Shown here in pieces: positions 46,761 through 57,551 of a stretch of 64,000 nt of DNA. This DNA comes from an uncultured Actinomycetes bacterium (lineage in GTDB: Bacteria > Actinomycetota > Thermoleophilia > UBA2241). How positions within the stretch are numbered: position 1 is the first letter of the stretch; each line of letters begins with the position of its first letter. The stretch is from assembly GCA_963755025.1 (NCBI GenBank), contig CAVWIH010000013.1, forward strand, positions 1-64,000, given 5' to 3'. Both the position numbers and the translations under genes were made by a program. The notes under the pieces are model-generated. The model worked only from the letters and a program-made list of their open reading frames with translations. It was not told the DNA's origin and did not search any database.

Positions 46761-47726
46761 ATGGCTGTGCCAGAGCAAGACGACACGATCACTCCAGAAG
46801 ACTACGCGTGGAAGTGGGCCTGGCTGGACGGTCCGGCTCCTTTTGACGGCGATGTGGCAGTTCTCGAGGAGCTCTGCTTCGCCCTCGCCGAGCGACCCCA
46901 GGCCGTCTTGGCTTGCGGCGAGTGGCGCTGTCTGCTGCAGCGCAAGGAGAGTCCGACGCCAGCCGGGCTGCTGCGCCACTACGAGCTCGGCTTCTTCGTG
47001 CGCGCAAGGGCGCCTCACGCCGGCGAGAGCCTGACGGCGCCCGCCCCGCTCGTCACATCGGCCTCGCTTTTGGCGGACGGCTCCGATACCGCGCGGCGTG
47101 CCGCTCAGAGCGCCGTCGCCGTTCTCCTTCGGCAGGTCGCAGCGACCCTCGACTGCAAGGCTCCTGCGCCCGTCGCCATGAGGCCTCAAGGTGCGGTCGC
47201 AAACGAGCGCGTGGCCACGGCCAGAAGCCGAGGCCGACTGGTCCCCGTGCTCGTTGCCGCAGCGATCGTCGTCGCCTGTCTGTTCGGCCTGCGGGCCTTC
47301 GTTCTTGGCCCCTACCTAGTCCCGCCAAGCTCGCAGGCCAGCCCGCTGCAGCACAGTCGTCGCGTGCTCGTCGACCGCGCCGTCTACCATCTGCGGCCGG
47401 TGGGCCGCGGTAATCTGGTCGTGCTGCGCGACCCGGATGCTCACAACGAGCTTGAGATCCGCAAGGTGGTCGCCTTGCCGGACGACCTGATCGTGCTGCG
47501 CGCCGGTCGGCTGCTGGTCGACGGGGCAGCCATCGCCCGAGACCAAGCCCAGGGCGGGTCTGCGACGGGGGTGGCGCCGTTCGACTCTTGGCGGCTTTCC
47601 GCAGGTAGTTACGCTGTAGCCGTTCTGCACGACGGCGCGGCCACCTCGCTGGAGATCGTGCCACGCCGGGCGATCGTGGGCGAACTCCTTCTCACCTTCT
47701 GGCCTCCGCCGCACCTTCCGTTCTAG
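46761..47726 (+). CDS. unknown N-terminal domain fused to degenerate S26 signal-peptidase-like domain
   Basis: RAFVLGPYLVP, RVLVDR, IRKVVALPDD, AIVG..FWP. Confidence 0.7.
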   Translation: MAVPEQDDTITPEDYAWKWAWLDGPAPFDGDVAVLEELCFALAERPQAVLACGEWRCLLQRKESPTPAGLLRHYELGFFVRARAPHAGESLTAPAPLVTSASLLADGSDTARRAAQSAVAVLLRQVAATLDCKAPAPVAMRPQGAVANERVATARSRGRLVPVLVAAAIVVACLFGLRAFVLGPYLVPPSSQASPLQHSRRVLVDRAVYHLRPVGRGNLVVLRDPDAHNELEIRKVVALPDDLIVLRAGRLLVDGAAIARDQAQGGSATGVAPFDSWRLSAGSYAVAVLHDGAATSLEIVPRRAIVGELLLTFWPPPHLPF

Positions 47727-47767
47727 GATGCCGAAGGCAGGCTGCCCGCCTTCCCCGGCATCTTGTC

Positions 47768-47827
47768 TGCAAAGATCGACCCCGCAATGAGCGACCCGCC
47801 TCCTCTTGCATCGCCGGGGTGGCGTGC
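47768..47827 (-). repeat. degenerate copy of integrase-2 3' end (A)
   Basis: reads HATPAMQEEA/SLIAGSIFA. Confidence 0.85.
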
Positions 47828-47886
47828 CGCGGCGACGTCTGCTGGTGCTGGCCGCGCCTCATCAAACTGCTCGACCGCAGGAAACG

Positions 47887-48066
47887 ATGCTGGATGACCC
47901 TAGGGCGCAGTCGGCCGTCGATCGAGTGGCAGAAGCCCTGGCTGAAAGAAGGACGCTGAGCATGCTTGAGGTGCTCGGGCTGCCGGCGGTCGAGCATCTC
48001 GTCGGTTCCGAAACGATGTGCTCCATGTCGGCGAGCTGGCTGTACGGATGGCATGGGGCAGGATGA
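47887..48066 (+). pseudogene. short ORF or gene remnant
   Basis: 59-aa ORF between repeat A and the integrase end. Confidence 0.3.
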
Positions 48067-48089
48067 GGGGCCATCGCGAAGGCCAGGAG

Positions 48090-49328
48090 CTACCTTGCGA
48101 ACACGAGCCCCGCGATCAGCGCCGCCGCCTCTTCCTGCATCGCCGGGATGGCGTGCGAGTAGGTGTCGAGCGTTATCGACACGGTGGCGTGGCCAAGGGG
48201 CTCGGAGACGGCCTTGGGATGGACGCCGGCCTGCAGGGCGAGGGTGGCGTGGGTGTGGCGCAGGTCGTGCAGTCGGATCGTGGGCAGCATCGACTTCCTG
48301 ACGGCTTGGCGGAACCAGCGCGTCACGGCCTCGGGGTTGAGGTGCTGGCCGTCTTCGGCGGTGAAGACGTAACCAGAGTCGGTCCAGCCTTCCTGCCGCT
48401 GCGCCTGCTCGTCGAGCTGGCGGGCGGCTTGCCTTTCAGCACCGAGACGGTCTCGGCGTCGAGGGCGATCGAGCGCCGGCCCCGAGCCGTCTTGGGCTCG
48501 GAGACCACGACCTCGCGCCCCGAGGGGATGAGGGCGCGACGAACGGAGAGCCGTCCGGCCTCAAGGTCGAGGTCGTCCCAGCGCAGACCGAGAGCCTCGC
48601 CGCGGCGCATGCCGGTCATGGCGAGCACATGCCAGAGGTCGTGGAGCCTCTCGTCTGCGGTCGCCTTCAGGAACCCCCCGAGCTGCTCAGCCGTCCAGGT
48701 CTTCATCTCGCGGCGCTCGGTGCCGCGCTGATGAGGCGGGTCCGCTGCGTCGACGGGGTTGCGCTGCAGGTAGCCCCAGCGCGCGGCGTCGCGAAAGGCG
48801 CGGTGCAGGCAGGCGTGAACGTGGTGGATGGTGGCGGGGGAGAGGCCGCGGTTGCCGTTCTTGCGGCCCGACTCGGCGAGCTTCGCGTAAAGCCCGTTCA
48901 GGGTGGCGCCGGTGACTTTCTGCAACTTCACGGTGCCGATGAAGGGCACGACGTGGCAGACGACGTGCTGGACGTAGGAGTTGTAGGTCGAGTCCCGGAT
49001 CGTCGACTTGGCTGCCGGTAACCACTCGTTCTTGAGGTACTCTTTGACCGTGGCCTTGGTGGGCGCCACGTAGGTCTGCTCCTCGACCGCGACCATGAGC
49101 TTGTTCATGGCGGCGAGGCACTCCTTGCGGGTCGCGAAGCCGCCCTTGATGGCGCGCCGGCGCTCCTCGGTATCGTTGAGCTCGCCGGCGCACTTCGGAC
49201 AGGACTCCGCGCTGCTTGCGTTCCACCCAGAACCGTCCGTTGCAGGTCGTGCACCGCTGGGCGGCGGCCACGCCGACGTCGACGTTGTACTCCCAGCTCT
49301 CACCACGACGGCGGATGGAGCCCCTCAT
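48090..49328 (-). CDS. tyrosine integrase of element 2, several frameshifts
   Basis: MRGSIRRRG.., CTTC..CPKC, TGMRRGEALGL, HDLRH, LGH, DTYSH over three frames. Confidence 0.92.
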
Positions 49329-50452
49329 GGTGTGGCCTCCTTCTCTCTGCCGCGTTCCTCTTGGCGTGAGGTGGCCTGTAGATAGCTCGAGCGAATCGCG
49401 CGCGGGTTGCCGTGGGGGTGCTGCGGGTACAGCTCGTTCCAGTGCGCGAGTAACTGGCCCCAGCTGGGCAAACGCGCTCCCGGCGCCGGCTGGCGACGCT
49501 CGCGGGCCACGAAGCGCACAAGCTCTGCCGACCAGATCGTCTGACGTGCGGAGGGATCGGTCGGAAGCCCGTAGTCGCGGTTGCGCGCCCGGCGGTAGAT
49601 GGAGGCCACTTCATCCGGTGATATCAGCCCTGAGCTCACCGTGATCACGTAGCGGCGCGATACGTCTGACGGGCACGTCGGCTCGCCTTCGGGATCTCGT
49701 GCGAACTCGACGAGCGAGGGGTAGGAGGTGACGAGCAGGGTCGAGGGCAGCTCGGGGCGGATGTCGGCAAGGAGCCATTCCACGGCCTCGCTCTCGCGGC
49801 ACCCCGATGCCCCTGCCAAGTGGCGCGCGAGATCGCGGAGATTGCGCAGCGGATAGCAACTCGCCGGGAAAGGCAGAGCGACGTCCTCGCCCGTGAGCCC
49901 GCGCCAGAGCAACACCTCCGCACCGCCCGAGTCGCCCTGAGCGGCGATGTATTCGGCGAGCCACCAGGATGCCGCTTCGCGGTCCATGAGCGGCTCAAGT
50001 TCCTCGTCGGTGCCGTCCGCCTCGAGGGCGCGCGTATCGCCGGTCAGCCATGCCCAGGCGGCTCGACGGGTCGACGGCGCGCCGGGGTTGATTGGCCGCA
50101 GCGCGAGCTTGAGACGGGCGTCGTCGCGCAGCCAGGTGAAGCCCAAAAGCACGCGTCCGAGGTGACCCTCTAGGTAGGCGCGCCACTGCGGCCCGGCAAG
50201 CGCCGAGTCCCCTGGCGGCTGCTCGGCGCGGGGCTCGTTGCGCAAGGTGCGGCGTTTCCTCGGGCTGAAGGTCGCACGTCCCTCCGCGACGTCACCAACG
50301 GCATCGACGAAATCCCGCGCATCGAGCTCCTCCAGGGGCTGCCCGTTCTTGTCCTCCAGCCAGGTGAGCTCCACGTCCGTGAGGCGGCCCTCACCTCGCG
50401 CGGCCAGGGCCTGATCGAAGCGGCTTCGCGCTGCCTTCTTCTCGTCTGCCAT
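49325..50452 (-). CDS. putative regulator coupled to the integrase
   Basis: ATGA overlap; same position as 6313-6967 in element 1. Confidence 0.65.
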   Translation of the reverse strand: MADEKKAARSRFDQALAARGEGRLTDVELTWLEDKNGQPLEELDARDFVDAVGDVAEGRATFSPRKRRTLRNEPRAEQPPGDSALAGPQWRAYLEGHLGRVLLGFTWLRDDARLKLALRPINPGAPSTRRAAWAWLTGDTRALEADGTDEELEPLMDREAASWWLAEYIAAQGDSGGAEVLLWRGLTGEDVALPFPASCYPLRNLRDLARHLAGASGCRESEAVEWLLADIRPELPSTLLVTSYPSLVEFARDPEGEPTCPSDVSRRYVITVSSGLISPDEVASIYRRARNRDYGLPTDPSARQTIWSAELVRFVARERRQPAPGARLPSWGQLLAHWNELYPQHPHGNPRAIRSSYLQATSRQEERGREKEATP

Positions 50453-50464
50453 GACATAACTCCA

Positions 50465-50695
50465 GTGAGACAATGCGTAAGTATAGTGGCACCATACATT
50501 AAGGTCGATGACGACGAGTTGCGCTCCTACCTTCGCGCTCACCACGTCGTGTCGAAGTGGCCGTTCACAGGCAAGGCGCTGTCACTGAGTCGTTCCACAA
50601 CCTTTGCGTGCAGGGACATCCCGACGCTGCGCCTCGGCCACCTCCTGAAGGTGCGCTCTGCCTGGCTCGATCAGACGCTGTTCGGCGCCGAGTGA
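50465..50695 (+). CDS. excisionase-like small protein (start uncertain)
   Basis: DIPTLRLGHLLKVR resembles the xis wing; divergent from regulator. Confidence 0.45.
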   Translation: MRQCVSIVAPYIKVDDDELRSYLRAHHVVSKWPFTGKALSLSRSTTFACRDIPTLRLGHLLKVRSAWLDQTLFGAE

Positions 50696-51063
50696 TCGTG
50701 GACGAGGCAGTCCTTGACCCCTGCCAGTTTGCAGCGCGCTTTCGAGCGATTGTGCCGCTTACGCAGGAGCGCGAGCTCGACGTGCGCCATGCGGAGTTCC
50801 AACGGCAGATGTACCGACGCGTCGCCGAGAGCCTGCCCGACATGAGCATCACCGCCGCGATGGCGCGTTTGGCAGAGGAGATCGCGGTGCTGCCTCGAGC
50901 CGAACAGTTGCGCCTCCGCCTGCAAAAGGTAGCCGTGCTCGAAGGGCTCGGCTACGCAAACGCCGAGGAGCTAGTGGAGGCCGCTCTGACGCTTGCCGAC
51001 CAACTCGGCGAGCAGGCGGTCTCGATACTTTGCTCGGCGGGGGGCCATCGTCGTGGCCACTGA
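50692..51063 (+). CDS. hypothetical protein
   Basis: GTGA-coupled ORF in core operon. Confidence 0.5.
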   Translation: MIVDEAVLDPCQFAARFRAIVPLTQERELDVRHAEFQRQMYRRVAESLPDMSITAAMARLAEEIAVLPRAEQLRLRLQKVAVLEGLGYANAEELVEAALTLADQLGEQAVSILCSAGGHRRGH

Positions 51064-52070
51064 ACCCACATCCGACAGACCGTGCCCGCACTCGTACTCT
51101 GGTCCCGAGATCGCCCTGATGGTGTTCCCCCCGTCGATCCTGTGGTCCATTACGCTAAGCGGGGCTCGATCTTCGATCTGGTCGGCCAATCCAAGAAGGG
51201 CAAGACCACCTTCACGCTGCTCGCCTGCCGGGCCGTGCTCGCCGGCGAGCCCTTCCTCGGCACGCAGACCACGCGCGTCCCGGTGCTGTACCTGACCGAG
51301 CAGACGCGACCCAGCTTCCACGACAAGCTCGAGAGCGTCGGGTCCCTCCTCGAGCAGTCCGATTTCCGCGTACTGTTCATCGCCGACGCCACGGGCCTGG
51401 CCTGGCCCGAGATCTGCGAGATCGTACGCGCGGAGGTGCGCCGCCACGGCGTCGGTCTGGTCTACATCGACACGCTTACCGACTGGGCCCGCATCGAGAA
51501 TGAAAACGATGCCGCCCAGGCGCTGGCCGTGATGCGCCCACTTCGCCAGATCGCCGAGGATGGCGTGGCCGTGGTCACCGTCCGCCACTCTGGTAAGGGC
51601 AACCACGACGAGCAGGACGTGATCGACGCGGGCCGCGGCTCCTCGGCCTTCGCCGGCGTCGTTGACACGCTCTGCGTGATGGGCGCCGTGAGGGGCCAGG
51701 GCCACGCTAACCGACGCCAGCTTCGCCTGGTGAGCCGCAAGGACGGCATCCCCGCCTCGCTCACTGTCGAGCTCGAGGCGGGCGAGTATCGCTGCCTCGG
51801 CGACCGTGCCGACGTCGAGTGTTACTTGGCCAAGGAGGTTGCCCTCGACAATCTTCCCGATCGCTAGAGCAGGCCTGGACCGAGCAGCAGATCCTCAAGG
51901 CGGCTGGCAAGGCGTTATCGCGCTCGACGCTCAAGCGCGCCCTCACTGACCTCATGCGCGAGGGCTGCGTCTTCGGCAAGAAGGGCGCCGGTGCCGCGAG
52001 CGCCAAGGCCATCGGCTACTGGCTCAGTGACGGCCCGGGAGAACAGATGGGGCTCGGTCGTAATGAATAG
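51053..52070 (+). CDS. RecA-like AAA ATPase/helicase with C-terminal wHTH, frameshifted
   Basis: GQSKKGKTT, YLTE, YIDTL, RHSGK, GRGSSAFAGVVD. Confidence 0.8.
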
Positions 52071-52604
52071 CCTCCCCGCGACGCCTCTGCCGGCGGCCGG
52101 CCGCCAACTGTCCATATATAGAGAACTAGTACTGGACAGTTGCCGGCCCGGTGTCTTCCTTGACTCTCGGTTGGCTGCCCGGCCCCCGGCCGAAGGCCTT
52201 GGGGGCCGGGACAGCAGACACTCGAAAGCAGTCAAGGCCCTCAATGAGCGGTGGGGCCGGGCAAGCAGAGCGTCGTCGTGAGCCAAGTCCCGCCGGGCCG
52301 CTGGCAGGCCTTCACCGCCGTCGCCGCATTCTCGAGGACTGAAAAGGTGCTTGTGGTCTGCGAGTCACAGACGGTGCGCCGCCAGTATGAGCGCGCCGTT
52401 CTCAGACTCGGCGGCAACCTCGACAACGTGATCTTCCGCGTCGTCCCGGGTGTGTCCGCAACCAGGACTACGTCCTGAGCGTCTTGCGCGAACGCGTCAT
52501 CGTCCAATCACGGCATCCACCGTCAGCCGATCGCGCCGAAACCAAGAGGCGTGCCGTCGATGCTCGTCGGATCACAGCTTTGCTCACTACCGAAAGGAGA
52601 TCTC

Positions 52605-53980
52605 ATGTCCGTTGAGTCCATCACCTTGGCGTCTATCGTCGTCGCCGGGCTTCACCGTAAGGAACTCGGCGACATCGAGGCGCTGGCCGCCTCGATCGAC
52701 GAGCTCGGCCTGCTGCAGCCGATCGGGGTGACGCCCGATCGACAGCTGCTCTTCGGCCGGCGCCGCCTCGAGGCTTGCCGACGGCTCGGCTGGGAGGAGC
52801 TTCTTGCGGTTGTGCTGCCCGATCTGGGCACGGCGGTAGATCGCCTGAAGGCCGAACGAGACGAGAACGTCTGTCGCAAGCAGATGACGCTGAGCGAGCT
52901 CATCGCTGTCGGCAGGCGGCTCGAGGAGATTGAAGAGCCGGAGGCACAGGCGAGGAAGCGGGCCGGCAAGGCCTTAGCGTCATTTGACGCCAAGGTCGGC
53001 AAGACCGACAACCTGGTGGCCGCCTGCCTCGGCATGAGTGAGCCGAACTACCGGCGGGCGAAGCGAGTCGTCGAGGCTGCCGAGAACGAGGCGGCCTCCG
53101 AGGACGTGCGCCGCGTCGCGCGGGAAGCCCGGGAGCGGATGGATGCGACCGGTCGAGTCTGGGGTTCCTTCCGCAAGGTGCGCGAGGCGAGCAGCGAGCC
53201 AACGGTGACCGGGCTAGCGATGAGACTTTCCCCCCGAACGGGGCTCAGCGCCACGGGCACAGTGACACGCCCGACCGCTTCGTAGCGCGCATCGTCAGGC
53301 AGCTGGGCCCCGTCCTTGACGCCGCCGGTGTCTCGAGTCTCGAACTTGGTGGTTACGAGGCGACAGAAGAGCAGCTGGCGACGATCGCAAAGGCGATCAC
53401 TCTGCTGCAGGCGCTGCGGCGGCGGTTGACAGGGGCGACCGGCACGCCCGAGGCCGAGACGGATGCCGATACCGAGCCCGATACCGAGCCCGATCTCGGG
53501 TCTTCGCCGAATCTAGACGCAGGCGCTGCTGCCACCGTTGCGACCACGTCTGCGACGCCGGTCAGCGACGTGCGGGCCGTGACCAGTGCCACGGGCGGCG
53601 AGATTGGCGCAACGACGCCCATCCAACCGACTGCCGAGGCCGCTCCTGCGCTCTACCCCCGCGATGAATTCGAGCGGTCGCTGCTGCAGTCCGCGGCCGA
53701 TCAAGCGGCCGAGAGGGCCGTCCTCGGTGCCGATGAACTGGCGGCCGCGCTCTTTATGCCCCGTGCTCGCGCGGAACGCTTGCTTGAGATGCTGAGCGGT
53801 GCCGGGATCTGTGAGAACGAGGGCCAACGCCGTCGGGTGATCGTCGACCCTGAAGCCGTGAACGCGAAGCTGACCGTGTATCTGGACCGGGCGAACAGCG
53901 AACTCGTCGCGAACGGCCCGCAGTCTACGGCCCTCGTGGAGGACCGCCAGCGCGGCACCGTCGAAGGACGGCAGCTATGA
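52605..53980 (+). CDS. ParB-like protein, probably continuing across a frameshift into an FtsK-gamma-like domain
   Basis: LAASIDELGLLQPI..GRRRL..ENVCRK; C-terminal RARAERLLEMLSGAGI..RRVIV. Confidence 0.7.
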
Positions 53981-55283
53981 AGGATCCGACTCCGGATCGC
54001 TGGCGGAGCCGCATCACCGGGAGCGGCGCCGTCAAGGTGGGCGAGGCCAGACCCCACGCCCTCAACTTTCGCATCCACCCGGCTCACCAGTCCGCCGCCC
54101 TTGCGGCCTCACTCGACCAGGTCGGCTGGGTCCAGCAGGTCGTGGTCAACACGACGACCGGCAACATGATCGACGGTCATCTGCGGCTCGAGCTTGCCCG
54201 CCAGCGCGGCGAGTTCGAGTTGCCCTGCCTGTTCGTCGAGCTCTCCGAAGACGAGGAGCGCCTCGTGCTGGCGAGCCTCGACCCGATCGCCGCCATGGCA
54301 GAGGCCGACCGCGCCAACTGCAAGAGCTGCTGACCTCGATCCAAGGCGAGGGCGAGCAGGTGCGCGGCCTGCTTGAGGCGATCGCACGGCAGGAACGCAT
54401 CGAGCTTCCAGGGGTTGGGGGTCTGGTCGACCCCGACGAGGTACCCGAGGTGCCTGAAGAGGCCGCGACCAAGCTGGGTGACCTCTGGCTGCTCGGCCCC
54501 CACCGGCTCCTTTGCGGCGATTCCACGACGGCCGAGGACGTGCGGCGTCTGATGGCCGGCGAGCGCGCCGCTCTGATGGCCACTGATCCACCGTACCTGG
54601 TCAACTACCAGGGCGGCGCCCATCCGACAAGCGAGGCCAACAGGGGCGCCGCCACCAAAGACAAGCTCTGGGACACCTACATCGACCACGAGCACTCGGT
54701 CGAGTTCTACGTCGAGTTCCTGCGTACCGCCCTGGATTGCGCCCTGACCGAGGACGCTGCCGTCTACCAGGCCTTCGGCATCATGCGCACCGAGGTCATC
54801 TGGCAAAGCTGGCGGGAGGTCGGCTTGCTGCCCCATCAGGTGCTCATCTGGCTAAAGAGCCGCAGCGTGCTCACCTACAGCCGCTACATGTGGAACTACG
54901 AGCCGCTGATGTACGGCTGGCGCGAGGGCCACATGCCGGCCACCAAGCCGCCGGCCGACGCCAAGGCCGTCTGGGAGATCGGCAGCGCGATCGAAGACGG
55001 CGCCGGCTCGATCCATCCCACGATGAAGCCGGTCGAGCTCATCCGTCGGCCGATCGGCTACCACACCACGCCCGGCGGGCTGATCTACGAGCCCTTCTCG
55101 GATCCGGCACCGCGATCGTCGCCGCCGAGACAGCGGCCGGCACTGCTACGCGCTCGAGCTCTCGCCCCGGCTTCGTCGATGTTGCCGTGTCCGTGCACGG
55201 TTCACGGTGGCCAGGCGACCCTCGAGGGCGACGGCCGCAACTTCGCAGAGATCGCCGCCGAGCGTCTCGCAGGCTCCAACTGA
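53977..55283 (+). CDS. ParB-N plus N6/N4 DNA methyltransferase, frameshifted
   Basis: IDGHLR; GDLWLLGPHRLLCGDST, TDPPY, HPTMKPVEL, YEPF(x)GSGT. Confidence 0.88.
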
Positions 55284-55299
55284 GGTCCGGTGAAGGTCC

Positions 55300-55687
55300 A
55301 TGACCGTGCGCACAGGACAGGGCCGCAAGCGCAGCCTGGCGATCGCCGCCCTGCTTAACTTCCCGACGATCGCCTACGCCGCCCAGAGTGCTGGCATCAG
55401 CGAGTCCACTTTGTCTCGCTGGCTGCGCGAGGAGAGCGTCGTTACCGAGTATCGCCTGGCGCAGCGCGAGGCCCTGCGCCAGGCGATCGCCACCCTGCAG
55501 GCCGCAGCCGGCTCGGCGGTCACCGTGCTGCGCGCCGCCATGCTTGACCAAAGCGCCACGTGCGCCTCGCGGGTGGCCGCGGCGCGCGTCGTGTTGGAGT
55601 TCTCCTTCCGCGGCGCCGAGATCACCGACCTCGAGGAACGTCTCGCCAGCGGCGCCGACGGCGATCTCGACCTGTCGGCCCACCTAG
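55300..55687 (+). CDS. terminase-small-subunit-like HTH protein
   Basis: AAQSAGISESTLSRWL, RVAAARVVLE, DLEERL; after methylase. Confidence 0.6.
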
Positions 55688-56400
55688 CTGTTCAGCTCCA
55701 TGACCTTGTTGACGGCTTCGAGCCGCGCCATCGGCGTCAGGCCACCCAAGCCGCCATGCGGACGATAGCCATTGTAGTAGGCGAGGAAGCCCGGTAGGGC
55801 TGCGATCCGTTCAGCCGTGGAGTCGTAGGGCCGCCGGTAGGCCCAGCCGTTCTGCACGATCTTCACGAAGGCCTCGGCCTTGCCGTTGGTCTGCGGATGA
55901 TAGGGCCGCGTGTAGAGCTGTCTCAGCCCGTGGCCGGCTGCAGCCGCGCGGAAGAGGTGCGAGTGGTACTGCATGCCGTTGTCGGTGAGCAGGCGCCGCA
56001 CCTCGATGCCGTGGGCCGCAAAGAAGGCCAGGGCGCGCTCCAGGAAGGCCGCCGTGCTTGTCGGGCGCTCGTCTGTGAGCTCCTCGGCGTAGGCCAGACG
56101 AGTGGTGTCGTCGACGGCCACGTGCACGAGGTCCCAGCCGATGCCGCGGTTCCTGCGGCTGCGCTCGGCAAAGCGCCAGCCGCCGCCCTCCCCGATGCGC
56201 CCCAGGCGCTTGGTGTCTATGTGCACGAGGTCGCCGGGGACCGGCCAGCAGTAGCGCACGGCGGTCGCCCTCGCGCACAGGTCGCGCAAGCGACCAAGCC
56301 CCAGGCGCCGCAGGGTGCGGTAGACGGTCGAACCGGCCAGTCCCAATCGCCAGGCGATCGGCGCTGGCCCGAAGAGGCGCAGGCGCAGCGAGATCACCGG
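55684..56400 (-). mobile_element. IS481-family transposase, 5'-truncated
   Basis: HIDTKRLG, AVDD, LTDNG, PQTNGKAE, YNGYRPHG; end gtcaacaaggtcatggagctgaacagctag. Confidence 0.88.
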
Positions 56401-56414
56401 TCGCAGCGAGGCGC

Positions 56415-57295
56415 CGCTCAGACGTGGTCAAAGCTGGGCCAGAGTCGCCGGCGGCGACAGCAACGCCATCGCCGCAAGCGATGCCGACCACGTCTGGGCA
56501 TTCGGCGACGGCATCGTCTCCACGGTGAACGGCCCAAGCGGCGATACAGCGCCGCCCCAGACCCTCGATGATGCCGACGGGGATTGGCACCGTACGTCGG
56601 TGACGATCACCCTCTCTGCCAACGACACCGGTGGCTCCGGCGTCCAGACGACGCAGTACTCGCCAGACGGCGGTGCGACCTGGCAGACGGGCACGAGCAT
56701 CTCGGTGCCGGCCCCGGCCGATCACACAAACGACGGCCTGCACACCTTCCTCTACCACTCGACCGACAAGGCCGGCAACGTCGAGGCCACCGAGATCTGC
56801 GGGGTGGGCATCGACACCCTGGGGCCGGCTTGCGGCGCGCCCAAGGAGCCCGTGGCGGGCACCGACAAGTCGGCCATCATGCGCTTCAAGGCAAGCGATG
56901 CCACAAGCGGCGTGGCCGAGGCCACGATCAAGATCGAGAGGCGCAGTGGGCACGTCCTGAAGACTCTGGTCAGCCGCTCTGGCGATTGGGGCGGGGGTTC
57001 GATCCCTTACTACTGGCTGCGCTTCACCTGCAAACTGAAGCCCGGCCTCTATCGCGTCGTCGTGCAAGCCAAGGACTTCGCCGGCAACAGCCAGGTGACC
57101 ATCGGGCGCAGCTGGCTGCGGGTCAAAGCGAAGGCTCCCAAAGCCGAGGCGCCTGATTGGCCGGCGGGACTTCCCCAAACCGGTCAGGAGGGCGACACGC
57201 CCGCTGCGGCCGGGCTGCACTTTGCTCCCGGCACCCTCCAGCTACTCCGCCACGAGCCGTGGGAGGCATGGCGCGCGGCAGCCGCGAGACCGTGA
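56415..57295 (+). pseudogene. C-terminal fragment of a YCF48-repeat/Ig-like secreted protein
   Basis: starts mid-repeat (GQSWARV..HVWAFG), no signal peptide; Ig-like domains like 43530 protein. Confidence 0.75.
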
Positions 57296-57551
57296 ACTTT
57301 GACAGAAGCCCCGGTCGCAAGTAAGGCGCCGCACGTCGACCGAACGTAATCGACGGGAGGCGACGCCCAGCTCATTAACGGCGTCGGCAACCCGGCCGGC
57401 TCAAGAAGGCGCACCGCGTCCGAAGGTGCCGACTCCGGCGCTCATCGGGTGACCGGTGATCCGGTAATGGACGCTGAACGGCGTTGCTTCTGGCTTCCGA
57501 TAAGCGCGACGTATCGAAGCCAGCGACGCCTCTTCGTCACGCTGGTGTGGT

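Noticed and set aside
42337-48157. CRISPR array or classical integron as the explanation for the spaced repeats
   Set aside because: Spacers are whole genes, repeats are integrase coding sequence without attC-like palindromic ends, no cas genes, and the integrase is not IntI-like.
53466-53494. 12-bp tandem repeat ccgataccgagc
   Set aside because: Two and a half copies coding a DTEP linker; ordinary.
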